Shown here: positions 14,078 to 26,859 of the stretch, piece after piece
Layout: every line of letters starts with the position of its first letter
Numbering within the stretch: position 1 is the stretch's first letter
Assembly: GCA_028534125.1 (NCBI GenBank)
Contig: CM052837.1
Location: 29,698,001-29,762,000, forward strand
DNA: 64,000 nucleotides
Reading direction: 5' to 3'
Origin: Lama glama
Taxonomy: Eukaryota
Notes under the pieces: model-generated
Seen by the model: the letters and a program-made list of their open reading frames with translations, nothing else
Databases searched by the model: none
What the model was told of the DNA's origin: nothing
Translations under genes and position numbers: made by a program

Positions 14078-15427
14078 GTTTTTTTGTTTGTTTGTTTGTT
14101 TATTTTTTAGTAACAGAGTCTTTTTATTGATAACTTCCCAACAGCATCTGTAAACATCAGGCACAAAAATATTGCACTGAACTCTGTTTTCCAAGGTGGC
14201 TCGGCTTGCTCCACGAAGGCCCCAGGAGAGGCCTGCTGGGCCCTCAGGGTACACACCTCTGGTCAGAGAAACGTGGGCCTTACCTCAGGCTCAGGGCTGA
14301 GTGGCTGGCTAAGCTGTCTTGAGCCTTCTACGACTATCTGAGAAACCTCCTTGAGACTGGGGAAAGTATTTCATACTTTCACTGCAGGAAGGGGCAAGGA
14401 GACCAGAATTAGTGGGTAGAGCGGTGGACTGGGGTGAACTCAGACAGGACAACGCTTGTCCACCTTGAAGAAGTCCTGGCCAGGATGTTGGGGCAGGGGG
14501 CAACTGGCTCCGGTCTCTGGGAACCTTTAAGTGTTGTTCAGAGCAGACCTCAGGCCTGGCTCTGGAAAAGCTCCCTTGTGCCCAACCCAGTGACTCCAGC
14601 TGGGCTGGACTCCCTGACTTGGCAGAGGGGTCGAGGAGAGATGTTCTTACAATGGGAATGCTAGATCCCAGGAATTCCATACCCCAGCAAGGGAGCCTTG
14701 TTCCCCAGGGAGCTCCAAATGACAAAACGGGGTGGCAAAGCTGACTGTCTCAAGGCAGAGTTACCTGCTGCCACCTCAGACATTTGGGGAGTGGTGCTGC
14801 TGCTGCCCTGAGACCCCACCAAGCTCCTGGGAGCAGGGCTACTCACCCGGCGTCTCCTCGTCATCTGTATGGCTGCAGACATTGATGGCAGGGGAGCTGG
14901 ACCAGATATGGAACAGGTCCTCGAAGCCGGGGCTGAGGGAGGGTGGGACAGTGTTGGGGCTGGTGTCGCACGAGCCTGTGCTCTGTTCCGAGGTGGTAAT
15001 TGTTGTTGTGGTGCTAAGTGGGATGGGGTCTTCATCCTCATCCTCCAGGAGGGACGCTTCTGGGATGTGGCTGAAGGCCTCCAGGTGCTGCCTGGCCAGC
15101 TTCCCTTTCAGTGTCCTGATCCTGTGGAAGATGCTCTTCAGGTCCCGTTTCATCTCCACCAGGGTCCTCGTGTGGTGCAGGAAGTGCTCACTCATCTGCT
15201 GCAGGCGGGCACTCAACAGGTTGTTGAAGTTCAGCAGTATCTCATTGGTCTTCTCAAAGCGGTCCAGCATGCTCTTCTGGGCCAGGATGATGGTGTTGAC
15301 ATCGTCTGCATCCACCATGCTCAGGATGCAGCTGCAGAAGACCCTCGAGGCCGAGTCCAGGGGGTCCATCTCTTCCTCCTCCTCCGTTGCCTGCACATCT
15401 GGTGGCCTTGCTCGTGCTTCCAGGATG
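14078..15427 (-). pseudogene. KXD1: KXD1 processed retrocopy (KxDL motif-containing protein 1) with an open ORF
   Basis: Intronless ORF 15369->14839 ([11 protein letters not shown]...[10 protein letters not shown]...TDDEETPGE, 176 aa), 58-nt 5' leader, ~730-nt 3' UTR, AATAAA at 14128-14123, A-rich tail ~14108-14078, TSD GCAAAAGAGTTT at 14066-14077 and 15428-15439. Confidence 0.93.
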
Positions 15428-17864
15428 GCAAAAGAGTTTTGAATTAATTCACTCTGCAGACATTTATTGAATGCCTACTGTGTTTCAGACACTGGTCAAC
15501 TTCTATGGATACAAGATAATTAGGATATAGGGTTTGCCTACTAGGTGTTCCTATCTCAACTTCTTTCATGTAATTTACAGAGCCCTTGCTCACCTACATT
15601 ATTTCATTTAATTCGTCAACAACTGAGATAAAGGTAACTATCTCTTGTCCATAGGTTCCTCTTATATGTTTGTTTGGTTTTCTTTTTGTCACCAACAATA
15701 GATTTCCCTGAAATAACTTAGTTGGCAGGGAGACTTGTTCTCATAGTGGAATCCTTCTGTCACTAATGAGATCAGGCTCTCTGGTCCCTGTAGAGCATTT
15801 TAGAAAAGATTCTATTGTAGACTAGATGAATTTTTCAGCTGTTCCCAAGTATTTTATGTGTCTTGGTCATCATCAGAAACTTGGAGCCGTGGTGGGACAT
15901 TGTGAGTGCAGTGAATTGCCACTATGAAGCTTGGATCCTGATGGGGTCAGACTCAGTTCAGTGCAGACTTTGGTCTATTTTTCAGAGTAGATGGTTGGAG
16001 TCAGGGCACTTGACACCTAGACCATTAGCTAAGCACATATATTTCTGACACACATTCCTTATTCTCAATGCATGGGTTGCATAGACTATTTCATGTAAGA
16101 CTCTCTGTGTACATATTTGTGGTACAATTTCACACTTGAGTTTCCTTATTTGAAAACAAGCATTTCATGTGAACTTGGCTTTCCTTGGTTGAATTTCTGA
16201 AAGCCAAATATACAGGGATAATGGCTTTAGCACTTAACACTTTTCCAGGTCCAAGGCAATTTTGCAGTTTCCGTATTAGAAGCTCCCACATGTAATAAGA
16301 TGATATAAACAGGGAAGTTGAACACAGCACTCAGGATATAATGACCTTGGCTGGGAGGAGAGAGGGGAAAGGGGAATAATGCGGTCAGACCCACAGTATT
16401 ATCAAAGTCCTAGCTTTTGTTCAGTGGTGTGTTTGTGGCTAATAGTGCATTATTTAAAATAACTCACTAAATAAATAAAGCAGATCATGCACCACCAATA
16501 ATAAGACTATATCACAAACCAATGATTGTAATTAATCCAGTTATGTGCACCTGAAATCCAAAGAAAAAGAGAAAAAAAGAAAGAAATGTCTGTTGAATTT
16601 GACCACCTTGAAAAATTAATCTATTGGGCTAAGATCACAAATCTGACATTATTAGCCTGCTAATAATAGGCTGCTTAACGGATGGTGCCCTAGTCTCTTT
16701 CACACTGTCACACTTCTCTTCATTGTTTTCAGTGAAAAGGAAGGCAGGCAGCATTCCTCCCTCCAGAAGTTGGCCTTTATTTTTGCTCCGTCTTCCAAAG
16801 AGCGACGTAAAAAGTTCTTTGGAGCATTTAATGGAAACAGTTTTATAGAAAATCTCTTAGGACCATTTAATTAATCAGCAGCCACTCTATGTTTTATCCT
16901 CATGGGCCCATTTCTTCTGTAGAGAAACATCTGCGCCTGTCTGGAGGCCTGGTAACCCTAACCCAGCACAAAGGCTCACGTTTCCAGTCTGCTTGCATCT
17001 ACGCTGTTAGAGCTAGAACCTGAGACAACATGCAACAGGGAAGTCACTGAGGCCATGGCAGAGGAACACAACTGATTCATTCAGGAAATAGCTGATGGGC
17101 ATTAGGAACAGGCAGGTGATGGGGCCTGGAACACAGCTGTGAACAAGACAGGCTCTGGTCCTGTCCAAACAAACTCACGTTCTAGTGGAGAAGAGAGATG
17201 ACGTGTAATCAGATACACAGCCAGAAAACGTGATTCTGTGAAAAGGAGTAATGGCTGGGGTGGTGGCCAGAGAAGACCTCCAGTAAGGGGCCATTTAAGG
17301 TGAGAGGGCTGAAAGGGGAGCTGGGGAAAGAACATTCCAGGCAGTGGGAATGGCCAGTGCAAAGGTCCTGAGGCTGGAAAGATCATCCTGAGTTGGAAGA
17401 GCCAACAGGAGCCAGGTAGGGTTGGAGCAGAGTGAATGAGAGGGAAAGAGAGAGGTAGGCAGGGGTCAGATCGTTCAAGACATAGTGGGCTGTGGCAAAG
17501 AGTCTGGTTCTTATTCTAGGGGTGATGGAAAACCGTGGTCCTTGAGTTGTGCTTGTGTGCAGAGCTGAACAGGGATGCAGCAAGTTAATGCTGGGAGAGC
17601 AGCTCCCAGCCATCATTGGATGGATACATTCCCCCATCTTCTAGCCCCTGGCGTGAGACAACTCTGAGGTGTGTTTAGTCTCCCAAAGGGAAGACCCCAG
17701 CGGGTTCAAGCTCCGGCTGCCCACAGTGGCAACCTGCCCATAATATCTCCTTCTTTCCCCTTCCCTGTCTCATTCCTTCAATCCTTTACCAGAGATTCCT
17801 AGGGTCACCTCCCAAACCATTGACTTGCACTCAGATTCTTGCACTCCCCCCGCCCCAAACTCTC

Positions 17865-18364
17865 NNNNNNNNNNNNNNNNNNNNNNNNNNNNNNNNNNNN
17901 NNNNNNNNNNNNNNNNNNNNNNNNNNNNNNNNNNNNNNNNNNNNNNNNNNNNNNNNNNNNNNNNNNNNNNNNNNNNNNNNNNNNNNNNNNNNNNNNNNNN
18001 NNNNNNNNNNNNNNNNNNNNNNNNNNNNNNNNNNNNNNNNNNNNNNNNNNNNNNNNNNNNNNNNNNNNNNNNNNNNNNNNNNNNNNNNNNNNNNNNNNNN
18101 NNNNNNNNNNNNNNNNNNNNNNNNNNNNNNNNNNNNNNNNNNNNNNNNNNNNNNNNNNNNNNNNNNNNNNNNNNNNNNNNNNNNNNNNNNNNNNNNNNNN
18201 NNNNNNNNNNNNNNNNNNNNNNNNNNNNNNNNNNNNNNNNNNNNNNNNNNNNNNNNNNNNNNNNNNNNNNNNNNNNNNNNNNNNNNNNNNNNNNNNNNNN
18301 NNNNNNNNNNNNNNNNNNNNNNNNNNNNNNNNNNNNNNNNNNNNNNNNNNNNNNNNNNNNNNNN
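17865..18364. other. Assembly gap (500 N); a second gap lies at 22132-22291 (160 N)
   Basis: N-runs read directly. Confidence 0.99.
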
Positions 18365-18668
18365 ACCCTCAATCCTAGGACAGGAGTTCTTAGAAAAGAG
18401 ATGGAGACTTGGAGTGCAGAGAGCCACAGAGGGGACGTCTACTTGAAGACAGGCAGAGACTGGAGGGGTGCAGCCGCAAGCCAAGAACTGCTGGCCAAGG
18501 ACTTCCACCAGAGAGGCATGGGAGGATTCTCCCTCAGAGCTTCCAGAAGGATCCAAGCCTTCCAACGTCTTGTAGCAGATTTCCAGCCTCCAGAACCATG
18601 AGAATACATTTCTGCTTTTTTAAGCCACTAAACTCATGGTAATTGGTTACGGCCGTCCTGGGAAACCA
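18365..18668 (+). mobile_element. MLT1 (MaLR) LTR fragment
   Basis: gccgcaagccaagaa...ttctccctcagagcttccagaagga...ttccagcctccagaac...tttaagcca...ctgggaaac motifs. Confidence 0.75.
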
Positions 18669-19610
18669 GCACAAGGTCCATCCCAGTTGTTGCCTGTGTG
18701 TGTCAACAGTCCGTTCCTTTGTATTGCTGAGTGTTGTCCATGGTGTGGACTGCACTGCAGGGTTCCATTCATCTGGGCTATTGGGGCCATTATGAAAAAA
18801 GTTGCTGTGAATATAGACTTAGGTTTATAAATTTTACTTCCGTTTTTCAAGGTAAAGCCCGAAGCTATGCAGTCTGAAATTTCCCCCTTCGCTATTGACT
18901 TTGAAATTGGGCCCCCACTGTAAGCAGACTTAGCCTTTTTCTAGTGCTGGCTGTACTCGCTTCACTAGGGCCTGTTGCCCTCAGCTCATATGGCGATAAG
19001 ATTGGCAGCCAGGTCGACTCAGCTTTTCGGATGGGAGCACAAGCTAAACTGGCCCGAATTAATGCAAAATGAAGGCCTGCCATGAATGGGTGGGGCTCAG
19101 AAACGCAGTGTGAAGGCCCTCACCCCGGCCCTCACCTCCTTACATCTGGGCTCACTGCTCCGTCCAGCTGACACGGCATATGGAGGGCCCAGAGAAAGGC
19201 CCACAGACCACACAGGGCACACTTGCTGCTTGACACACTTGAGGAGTTTGGAAGAATGTTCCGGCAGCCTCGGGAAGGCAGGCTATTGTATCCAGCGCTT
19301 ACACAGGTCAGCTGAGGTTATAGTTCCTTCTGTTCCTCAGCCCCCGGGGAGCCGCAGGCCCTCCATCCAGCTCTCTCCTTGCTCCTTGTCTTCCTCAAAT
19401 ACTTTTTGAGCACCTTCTGTGCCAGCACTGGGGGTGCCGCCGTGAACGAGGTACACCCACGCTTTGCTCCCAAAGCCCATGTTGTCGTGGGAGAGACGCA
19501 CTAAAAAACCAAGGTGCACAACCAGAGCCAGCCGCATCGTCTGTAGGGCTCCTGGTTCAAACACTGTGAAGAATTTCATGACGGAGGCAGCAGAACGTTA
19601 AAACATGTGT

Positions 19611-19798
19611 GGGAGATTTGGCAACGTCTGGACACATTTTGGTTGTCACATCTGGGGATGAGCAGGGGAGTGGGTGGGTGGTATCTAGTGGGTACAGGTC
19701 GAGGATGCTGTTAGACATCCTATGATGCGCGGGAAAGACTCACAGCAAAGATTTATCAGACCCCAAATTTCAGTTGTGTCCAGGTTGAGAAATCCTGC
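19611..19798 (+). mobile_element. MER20-like DNA transposon
   Basis: tttggcaacgtctggacacattttggttgtcaca...aggttgagaaatcctg. Confidence 0.75.
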
Positions 19799-20519
19799 TT
19801 CAGTCAATGACAACTTTGATACAGGCCAGAAAGAAAAAAAATGCAGAGGGGTTTATGTAAACATAACAGCCAGGGGATCTGCCTTGGTCTGGGGAAAGCA
19901 TCTTGGAGGAAAGGCCCTTTGAGCTAAAACATGAATACTGCATATGAATTAGCCAAGCCCTGGAGGAGAAAAGGAGATGGCAGATGTTGGGGTCTTAGCG
20001 GGGAGTGGGGGGGGGGGTCAATTCTTAACATCCTTTTCTTCCCTAAGGAGATTCAAAACCAAGTGAGAACATTGTAAACTGACTATACTTCAATTAAAAA
20101 AAAAACAAACCCAAAACAACCAAATGAGATAGAGACATGTGATTTAGGGAAAAGAAGGTGAAAATTCTACGTTTATAACTAACAAAGCTACTTAGGGACT
20201 GTACTTAGGTTCCGCCAACCTTGCTAATGTGCCATCCTTGTCCCCAGCCCCACTCCACCCCCACCTTGCGCTTACTGCCCCAGCCCGAAGGCCCACCCCG
20301 AGGGGCAAAGATGCTCTACTGCTCACTAGAGTACGCCCCCCACAACCAATCTCAAAAAGAGACGGGAAGGGGCCAAGGGACATATGCCCTGTTCCTTCTC
20401 CCCAGTTCACCAGCTGCATGAATCAGTCATCCTCCCCGTGAGAGGAGAGGGTACGTGAGGCTTAAGAGAAGCCACTATGATGGGGACAAGCATTGCTATT
20501 TTTTTAAAGCTCACTCTCC

Positions 20520-20716
20520 CAGGGTCATCAGATAAACTACAGGATGTCCAAGTAATTTTGTATTTCAGACTCATAACAAATAGATTTTTTTAGTTCAAGT
20601 ATGTTCCAAAGATTGCACGGGGCTTACTTCCATTACAAGAGTATTTGTTGTTTATCTGAAATGCAGAGTTACCTGGGGGCATCTTGTATTTTTATTTGCT
20701 GCATCTGGCAGCCCTG
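20520..20716. mobile_element. MER53-like palindromic hAT MITE
   Basis: cagggtcatcagataaactacaggatgtccaagtaattttgtatttcaga ... tctgaaatgcagagttacctggggg catcttgtatttt...tctggcagccctg; self-complementary arms. Confidence 0.8.
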
Positions 20717-21760
20717 TGCTCCCACGTGATTCCCACTGACAGCCTAGGTTGAAGACCGCTGACCCAAGGAAACAGCAGGTGTGGGAAATAGGTGTCCTCT
20801 TCCCACTTTTGGTTCTTTCGACCCTGAAGCGTAACTATTAAGCCGGTGGACAACCGGGAGTAGCTGTCCCCAGGAGGGGATAACAGTCTTTCAGATCAGT
20901 CCTGGGCCTGCCTTCTGGAACCCAGGATCAGCCCGTGCTTCTGGTGGCTCCTCCTGGAACGAGTGGCTCAGCAGTGCGCTGGGAAAACCGCGTTCTTTAA
21001 GGCGACACAAAGTGGCTCGGTACTCCCCACTGGGAACGAACTATTTCTCTTCCCATCTCAAATTACATCCAGCTTTGAGATCCAACATGGCTTATCAGAG
21101 GTTCAGTAATAAGATTACATACACTCCCAGAATAAAAGCCAACAGTGCATTCCCTCATATTTGAATATAAAGTCTTTCTCTGATTCTCTGGGACAAATTC
21201 ATGTCCACAGAGTCCTTGTAACTGAAAGAGCAAGTAAAAGTGAAGTCGAAAAGAATTCAAGCTGAGCTCAAAGGCACTTGCCCTTAATGAGTTGTAAGAC
21301 CAAAGCCTTTAGGGTTCAGATTCATCTGCCCTAGGTTCTTATTCCGCTCAGAATCAGCTGGGTGGGGTCTTGTGATGATACCAGGTGGAGTAGAGGGGGT
21401 CCCTCTGCAGCCGTAGTCTGGGCTGTTTCCCTCTGAACAGGGGCAGTTCCTTCAGGACCTCAGAGGCTGGATTTGTCTCCCGGGACCCTGTTTAAAGGAC
21501 TAAAGAGGGCAGATGAAACGAAGGGATGGCAGCACCAGCCCTTGTCCACAACATCTTCTAAGGAAGCCACTTCCAGCCCTGAGTCGCCCCAAAGCAAAAT
21601 CATACTCCCACAGCCACGTCCTGGTATAATCCTGGCCCGCATCATTGTTGCAAAGACAGCAGAGCGTAACACTGGTACCAGCTTCACCGGGACGCAAGGT
21701 AGTCGTGTGGGATGGCCACATGTCACAGCCAGGGAACATAAGCCCAGTCGGAACAGAAAG

Positions 21761-21945
21761 CTTGTCTGTAAAGGGCCAGAAAGTAAATTTTTCCAGCTTT
21801 GTGAGAACTATCTGTCTCCCTTGCGACTACTCAACTCGGCCACTGTAGCGTGAAAGCAGCTGCGGACCATACACAGTTCACCAAAGGGCGTGACTGTGTT
21901 GCCATAACACTTTATTTACAAAAACGGATGGGGGGGCTGTAATTG
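21761..21945 (+). mobile_element. MER58A-like DNA transposon
   Basis: tctgtaaagggccaga...ctactcaactc.gccactgtagc.tgaaagcagc...ctttatttacaaaaac. Confidence 0.75.
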
Positions 21946-22949
21946 GCTGGTCCTTTAATAGGGAGAAATACCTCACCAAAAGGTTACTTTTGGCGCTAGC
22001 CATTTTTCGTATTTAGAGGGAAAATCCACTCGTGCCTATGTCTCCTTCCTCTGAGAGGAGCCTTTGAGATGTTCCTTTTTTTTTTTTTTTTGCCAAGTTG
22101 TAAAATGTAGGACCCTTATTTGAGGTCCTTTNNNNNNNNNNNNNNNNNNNNNNNNNNNNNNNNNNNNNNNNNNNNNNNNNNNNNNNNNNNNNNNNNNNNN
22201 NNNNNNNNNNNNNNNNNNNNNNNNNNNNNNNNNNNNNNNNNNNNNNNNNNNNNNNNNNNNNNNNNNNNNNNNNNNNNNNNNNNNNNNNNNNGGATATTAT
22301 TATATAAGCATCAGGGTCCCCAGGACTGGGTGCATCCTGTACCTAGCCTTTCAACTCCTTCCTCAATTCTAACCATGCTTTGACCCACCAGGCTCTACAA
22401 ATCCATGGTCCTACAGCCTTCTCACTGCACTCCCTCACTCCCCTCTATATGTCCACTTCCCTGTAACCCATTTTAGAGCCTACTGTCCATTGCTGTCATC
22501 ACTCCACACCCTTACCCCTCTTGCTCTATACTCTACTGGCCAAATCCCAGCCCTCATTAAATCCAGCCTACTGGCCTACTCCTACACCTGTGCATCTCAG
22601 CGTAGCTGGAGAAAACATCACCGTGCTGACTAGCGTTGCTGTTCAGTCAAGTGGGTTATTGGGCTGCCCCCTGGGGAAAGCCTGCTTGAGAATTGAGCCG
22701 AAAGAGCAAAGCAGAGATGAGACATCATCCTCTGAACCACTCTTTCCCAACCGTTCTAACTAAAATCTCAGGACTGACTCTTATCGGACATTTAACTATG
22801 GCCAGCAGGGATGGGATACCCTGATGGGCCAGGTCTGGGTCACACACCCACCCCTGGAATTGGGCTAGAGCTAGGGTAAATTTCATCCAGCTCCATGGAT
22901 TGCAAGTAGGGGACAGGTGGGTTTTGTTTTAAAATGCAGGTTTTATTGT

Positions 22950-23440
22950 TGTCCAGGAATGGCGAGGCCAACAAACCAGGAGATGACTGCCATTGAAAAG
23001 ATGGTTTTATACCCACAGATTCCACCAGGAGGGGGTGTGCCGCAGGGGAACCATGTGGGGAAGCACTGGGGTTGGTCAAGGTCAGGGGGTGGGGGAAGCG
23101 TGGACAAGCGCCTTCATTATGGTCTCCACGAGAAGGAACAACGCAGGGCAAGCAGCCTTAGGACTGGCTAACCTGGATAATTTCTGTGGGCGCTGGGGCA
23201 TGAAGGTGCCCCTGGTTGCTTGGTCCCTGGCCCTGGAGTGACAAGGGCAGGTGGATGATGGCCTGAGGTGGGAGAGCCAGTAGCAGAGATGGTGGAGTGT
23301 GGCTCTGAATTGGTTGGTTTGCATATGAAAAGCCATCTCCAGGGCGCATTGTTTACGCCTCTAGGAATTGACTAACTCTGGGAGGGGCTGTCCCTCCAGG
23401 GTCTGCAAGGCCCCCAAGTGTCAAAGCATCAAAAATACAT
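22950..23440. mobile_element. ERVL-type LTR (MER76-like)
   Basis: Shares gaggccaaca...gactgcc.ttgaaaaga and ttaggactggcta motifs with the element at 38305-38815. Confidence 0.5.
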
Positions 23441-26400
23441 AATTAAAAAGATGTGATTAATACAGTTCTCCAAATAAATGTCCAGTTTCTGTGCCCAGAG
23501 TGAAGACAGGTGCTGGGCAGGCAGAAACAAAAGACCCACTGCAGAAATACAACTCCAGCCGTTCCCACTGCAAATTAGGACTCTGCTTACCTCGTCAATT
23601 TTTTTTAATCCTTGTTCTCCCAGAGGGACCCTCTTTCTTTGTCAGTGGCATTGACTGCACCCTCGGGCCTTCTGGTTAGTCCCATCCTGGGATCCCAGAC
23701 AAAGTGTCTACGTCTTGTCCAGTCTTCTCGGCGCCAGGTCACCGGGTCCTCGGGCCACATCTGCTGCCGCCATTCATTCCGAATCACCCGATTGCCGTGG
23801 GGACAGGCTGACAGCTCTCACTTCCCCTGGAACCCAGGCCCTCTTGTTTTATTTAAAACCACCCAGAAACTGTGCCTGCTGTCACCAGGAGAAGGGGGTG
23901 ATCTGAGCCACGTAAGGTGTTTGTCTTCGGGCGGTAACGGGACTGTCAGTCACCTCGGAGGCTCGAGAGCATCAGGCAAAGTGAGAGACGCACCATCAGG
24001 GCAGCTGCCATTAGGACAGTTTCTACTGAGAACAGCCTGTCAGGTTTTGAGATGCTTTGGGCTGTTGAAGGGACTTGGCCCTTTTTTGTCGCCACCTCCT
24101 TCTGGTGTTGAGTCTTTCCCAAGGGAGCTGGGCGTTCGTTAGAAGCTGCAGACTAGAAAGTGCCTCCTTTGTGGTTTTGAGGTGGAACTGTATCAGAAGC
24201 AGGAGCTGATGAACCAAGATGGCCTTGAGTCCAGGTCCTGAGTTCTATGCGAGGGTGGGGGCAGGGGGCTCAGGTGCACCACGTTCCTCCAGCAGGAGGC
24301 TTTTGTTCTTGGCAATCATCCTCTCTTCTCCAGCAGCCAGTTTCATCTTATCTTTCAGAGGGAGCGTCTCAACCTCCAATCAACAGTTTTCTCTGCTGCT
24401 TGTAAATTGCTTGAACTGAGCCATTTGCCTGGCGCTGGACTGGTGTTCGGGTTTTTGCGAGCTATTGTTTTGGGGTCATCTTGATCTATACGAGCCCAGA
24501 TGAATTTGGTTTAACTACACCAATCTTCTCCTAAACCTGCCTTCCCAAGTGCCCTCTTCCTACAGCAGAATCGCTAGCTCTGAACGTGGCACCATCCATC
24601 CAGGTGCTTGTAATCATGCTGCCCTCCTCTCTTTCTCTTATTCTCACATCCCACTTGCCGTCAAACCCTGTTGTCTCTACCTGCAAAACACACCCAGGAT
24701 CTGCCCGTTTCTCACTCCCTCCCTTGGTCCAAGCACCATCACTTCTAGCCTAAACCAGCTCATCCCTGGTCTCTTTTCCCACCTTGCCTTCCTTAATCCG
24801 TTTTCCCAAAGCATCCAAAGAGAATCTGTTAACACCTGGGCGGTGTCCTGCGACACCTGTGCTCACATGCCTCCCCTGGCTCCCATCTCACTCAGAGTAA
24901 AAGCCACATTGCCCAGGGGATGCCATCTGCCCTGTCACCTCTATGGTCTGGTCTCCCATGCTCTCTCCTGCTCACTCTGCCTCAGCCACACCACCTCATG
25001 GCTGTGCCACCAACACACTGGGCCTGTGCCTCAGGGCCTTTGCTTCTGCTTTGCCCAAATGTCACTTTCTCAGGGAGGCCTTAATTTCCTTAATTAAACT
25101 GAATAATTCAAAAATTTAAATGCAGTTTTAAATCGCTTCTCCTCTTGGACGTCCATGCTTTGTTCTTCTCCATGGCATGTCATCCTTTGACAGACTATAT
25201 GTTTCCTTGTTTAGTTGCTTACTGTCTGTCTTCGTCATTTGAACATCAGCTCTACAAGGGCAGGGACTTGCGACTGTTTTGTTCCCTGCCGTAACCCAGT
25301 GCCTGTAACATGGTAGTGCTCAATAAATATTTGGTCAAATGATTGATTGAATCACTCTGGTAACCATCTTATGAATGAGGGTTTGAAATTCTTGGTGACT
25401 GTTAAAAAAGAAATCTGCATGCTGTGTCTGTTTTGAGGATGCATGAGGGTGCCCCTTTGTCCACAGCTCTCAGAGGCAGTTCAATTGTCAATTTGGTGGC
25501 CGAGGGAATGAGTAAACCGATTACTCTTCCCTGTGAATTAAAAGTTCCACTGATTCTGTGTCTACACATTCTTTGAAAATGTCAGTGGGGGTGAGTCATG
25601 GGCTGAAGGATTGCTCCACGGAGCTGGTCCCTGAGCCAGCTTGATGACTAAATCTCCCCCATGTGATGTCACTAGAGTCAGAATGACCCCTGACCCTCAC
25701 CAAAAGGGAAAAGCATTTTCACTGGGGATGCCTGACCTGACTGGGGTGGAGCCAGGCTGGACCTGGGTAGTGTGGCATAGGTCAAAAGCATGACCTCCAG
25801 GGACACTTCTAATGGTCTGACAAGTCCCTCCTCTTCTCTGAGTGTCCTTGTATGTAAAGGGAGGATACTGTTCATTCATTCAATTTACTGAACACTGAAT
25901 AGGGGCTGGAGATGTTGAGTGAGACAGACAGACAGGTACCTGTTTTCTAGGAGCTCACAGTTGGTGAGAGAAATAAATGACAAATGAGAAAGGAAAAGAG
26001 GACAAGACTTGCTCTGTTGAGAATGTCGTGAAGGAAATGAAACAGGATGGGGGCGGAGAGAGCTGGAGGGCCAGCCGTGTTGGGGACCAGGGTCAGTCAG
26101 CAGGACAGTTGGGAGCTGCCATCAGGCAGAGACCTAATGGTGAGGAACAAGCCAGGTGAAAATCTTGGTGGGGGGGGAACCAGCAGGGACAAAGCCTCTA
26201 GGGCAAGAAACAGCTCTGCGCATTTGAGGACAGAGGCCGGGGTGGCTGGAGGTGGGGGTGGGGGAGGGGGAGGGGGAGACAGGATAAGTTCAGGGGTGGA
26301 GGATGTGGGCACTGGGAGGGCACAGTGAAAAATTTGGGTCGTATTCTGTGGACCTACCAAGTACTAAATGCCATGATGTATAAAGAGCACAAAGGCAGGA

Positions 26401-26733
26401 AAGGTGAGTCCTTCCTTCTGATGAGTCTTGGCTGATGGGGCTCAGAGCACTGCTGGAGTGGGAAGGCCCTCTGGTTGGCTTTCCCTGAGCTGCCTTGAGC
26501 CTGCAGACATTCCCAGGAGAAAATCAGGCAGTCTAGGGCAGTGCCATACTGGGGAACCAGAGACAGAACCTGGAGTGGATGCAGGGTGGCTGACTGAGCC
26601 CGGGTCACCTCCAGCCTGGGCCACACTGAACCCTTTGTTACCATTGAACAACAGTCTCTGAAGAAAGCTGACATTCTCCGCCTTTCTGATTTTCTGTTTC
26701 ACAGAGGATCTGCCCGATGCTGCTGTTCCAGTA

Positions 26734-26749
26734 CCAGGAGAGGGCGCTA
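26734..26749 (+). promoter_or_regulatory. CTCF-type motif
   Basis: CCAGGAGAGGGCGCTA matches the CTCF core; tgctgttcc just upstream resembles the CTCF upstream module. Confidence 0.55.
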
Positions 26750-26859
26750 GATTGCCTTGGAAAAATCTTTTATCATTATGTACACTTGTACTTTTAAAAA
26801 AAAAGGAACATTCTTTAAATCAACTTTGTAAAAATTAAAAACATACTTTAGTCTCATTT

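Noticed and set aside
15370-15396. 9-aa N-terminal extension of the KXD1 ORF in the ORF track
   Set aside because: It starts at GTG within the copied 5' UTR; the homologous ATG is at 15369.
14732-15447. Plus-strand ORFs of 236 and 192 aa
   Set aside because: Antisense shadows of the KXD1 coding sequence.
17770-18601. ORFs of 180-260 aa
   Set aside because: They consist almost entirely of X residues read through the 500-N gap.
18892-19083. 63-aa minus-strand ORF as a further terminal exon of the fossil gene
   Set aside because: No convincing acceptor or upstream donor partner could be assigned, so it was left out of the model.
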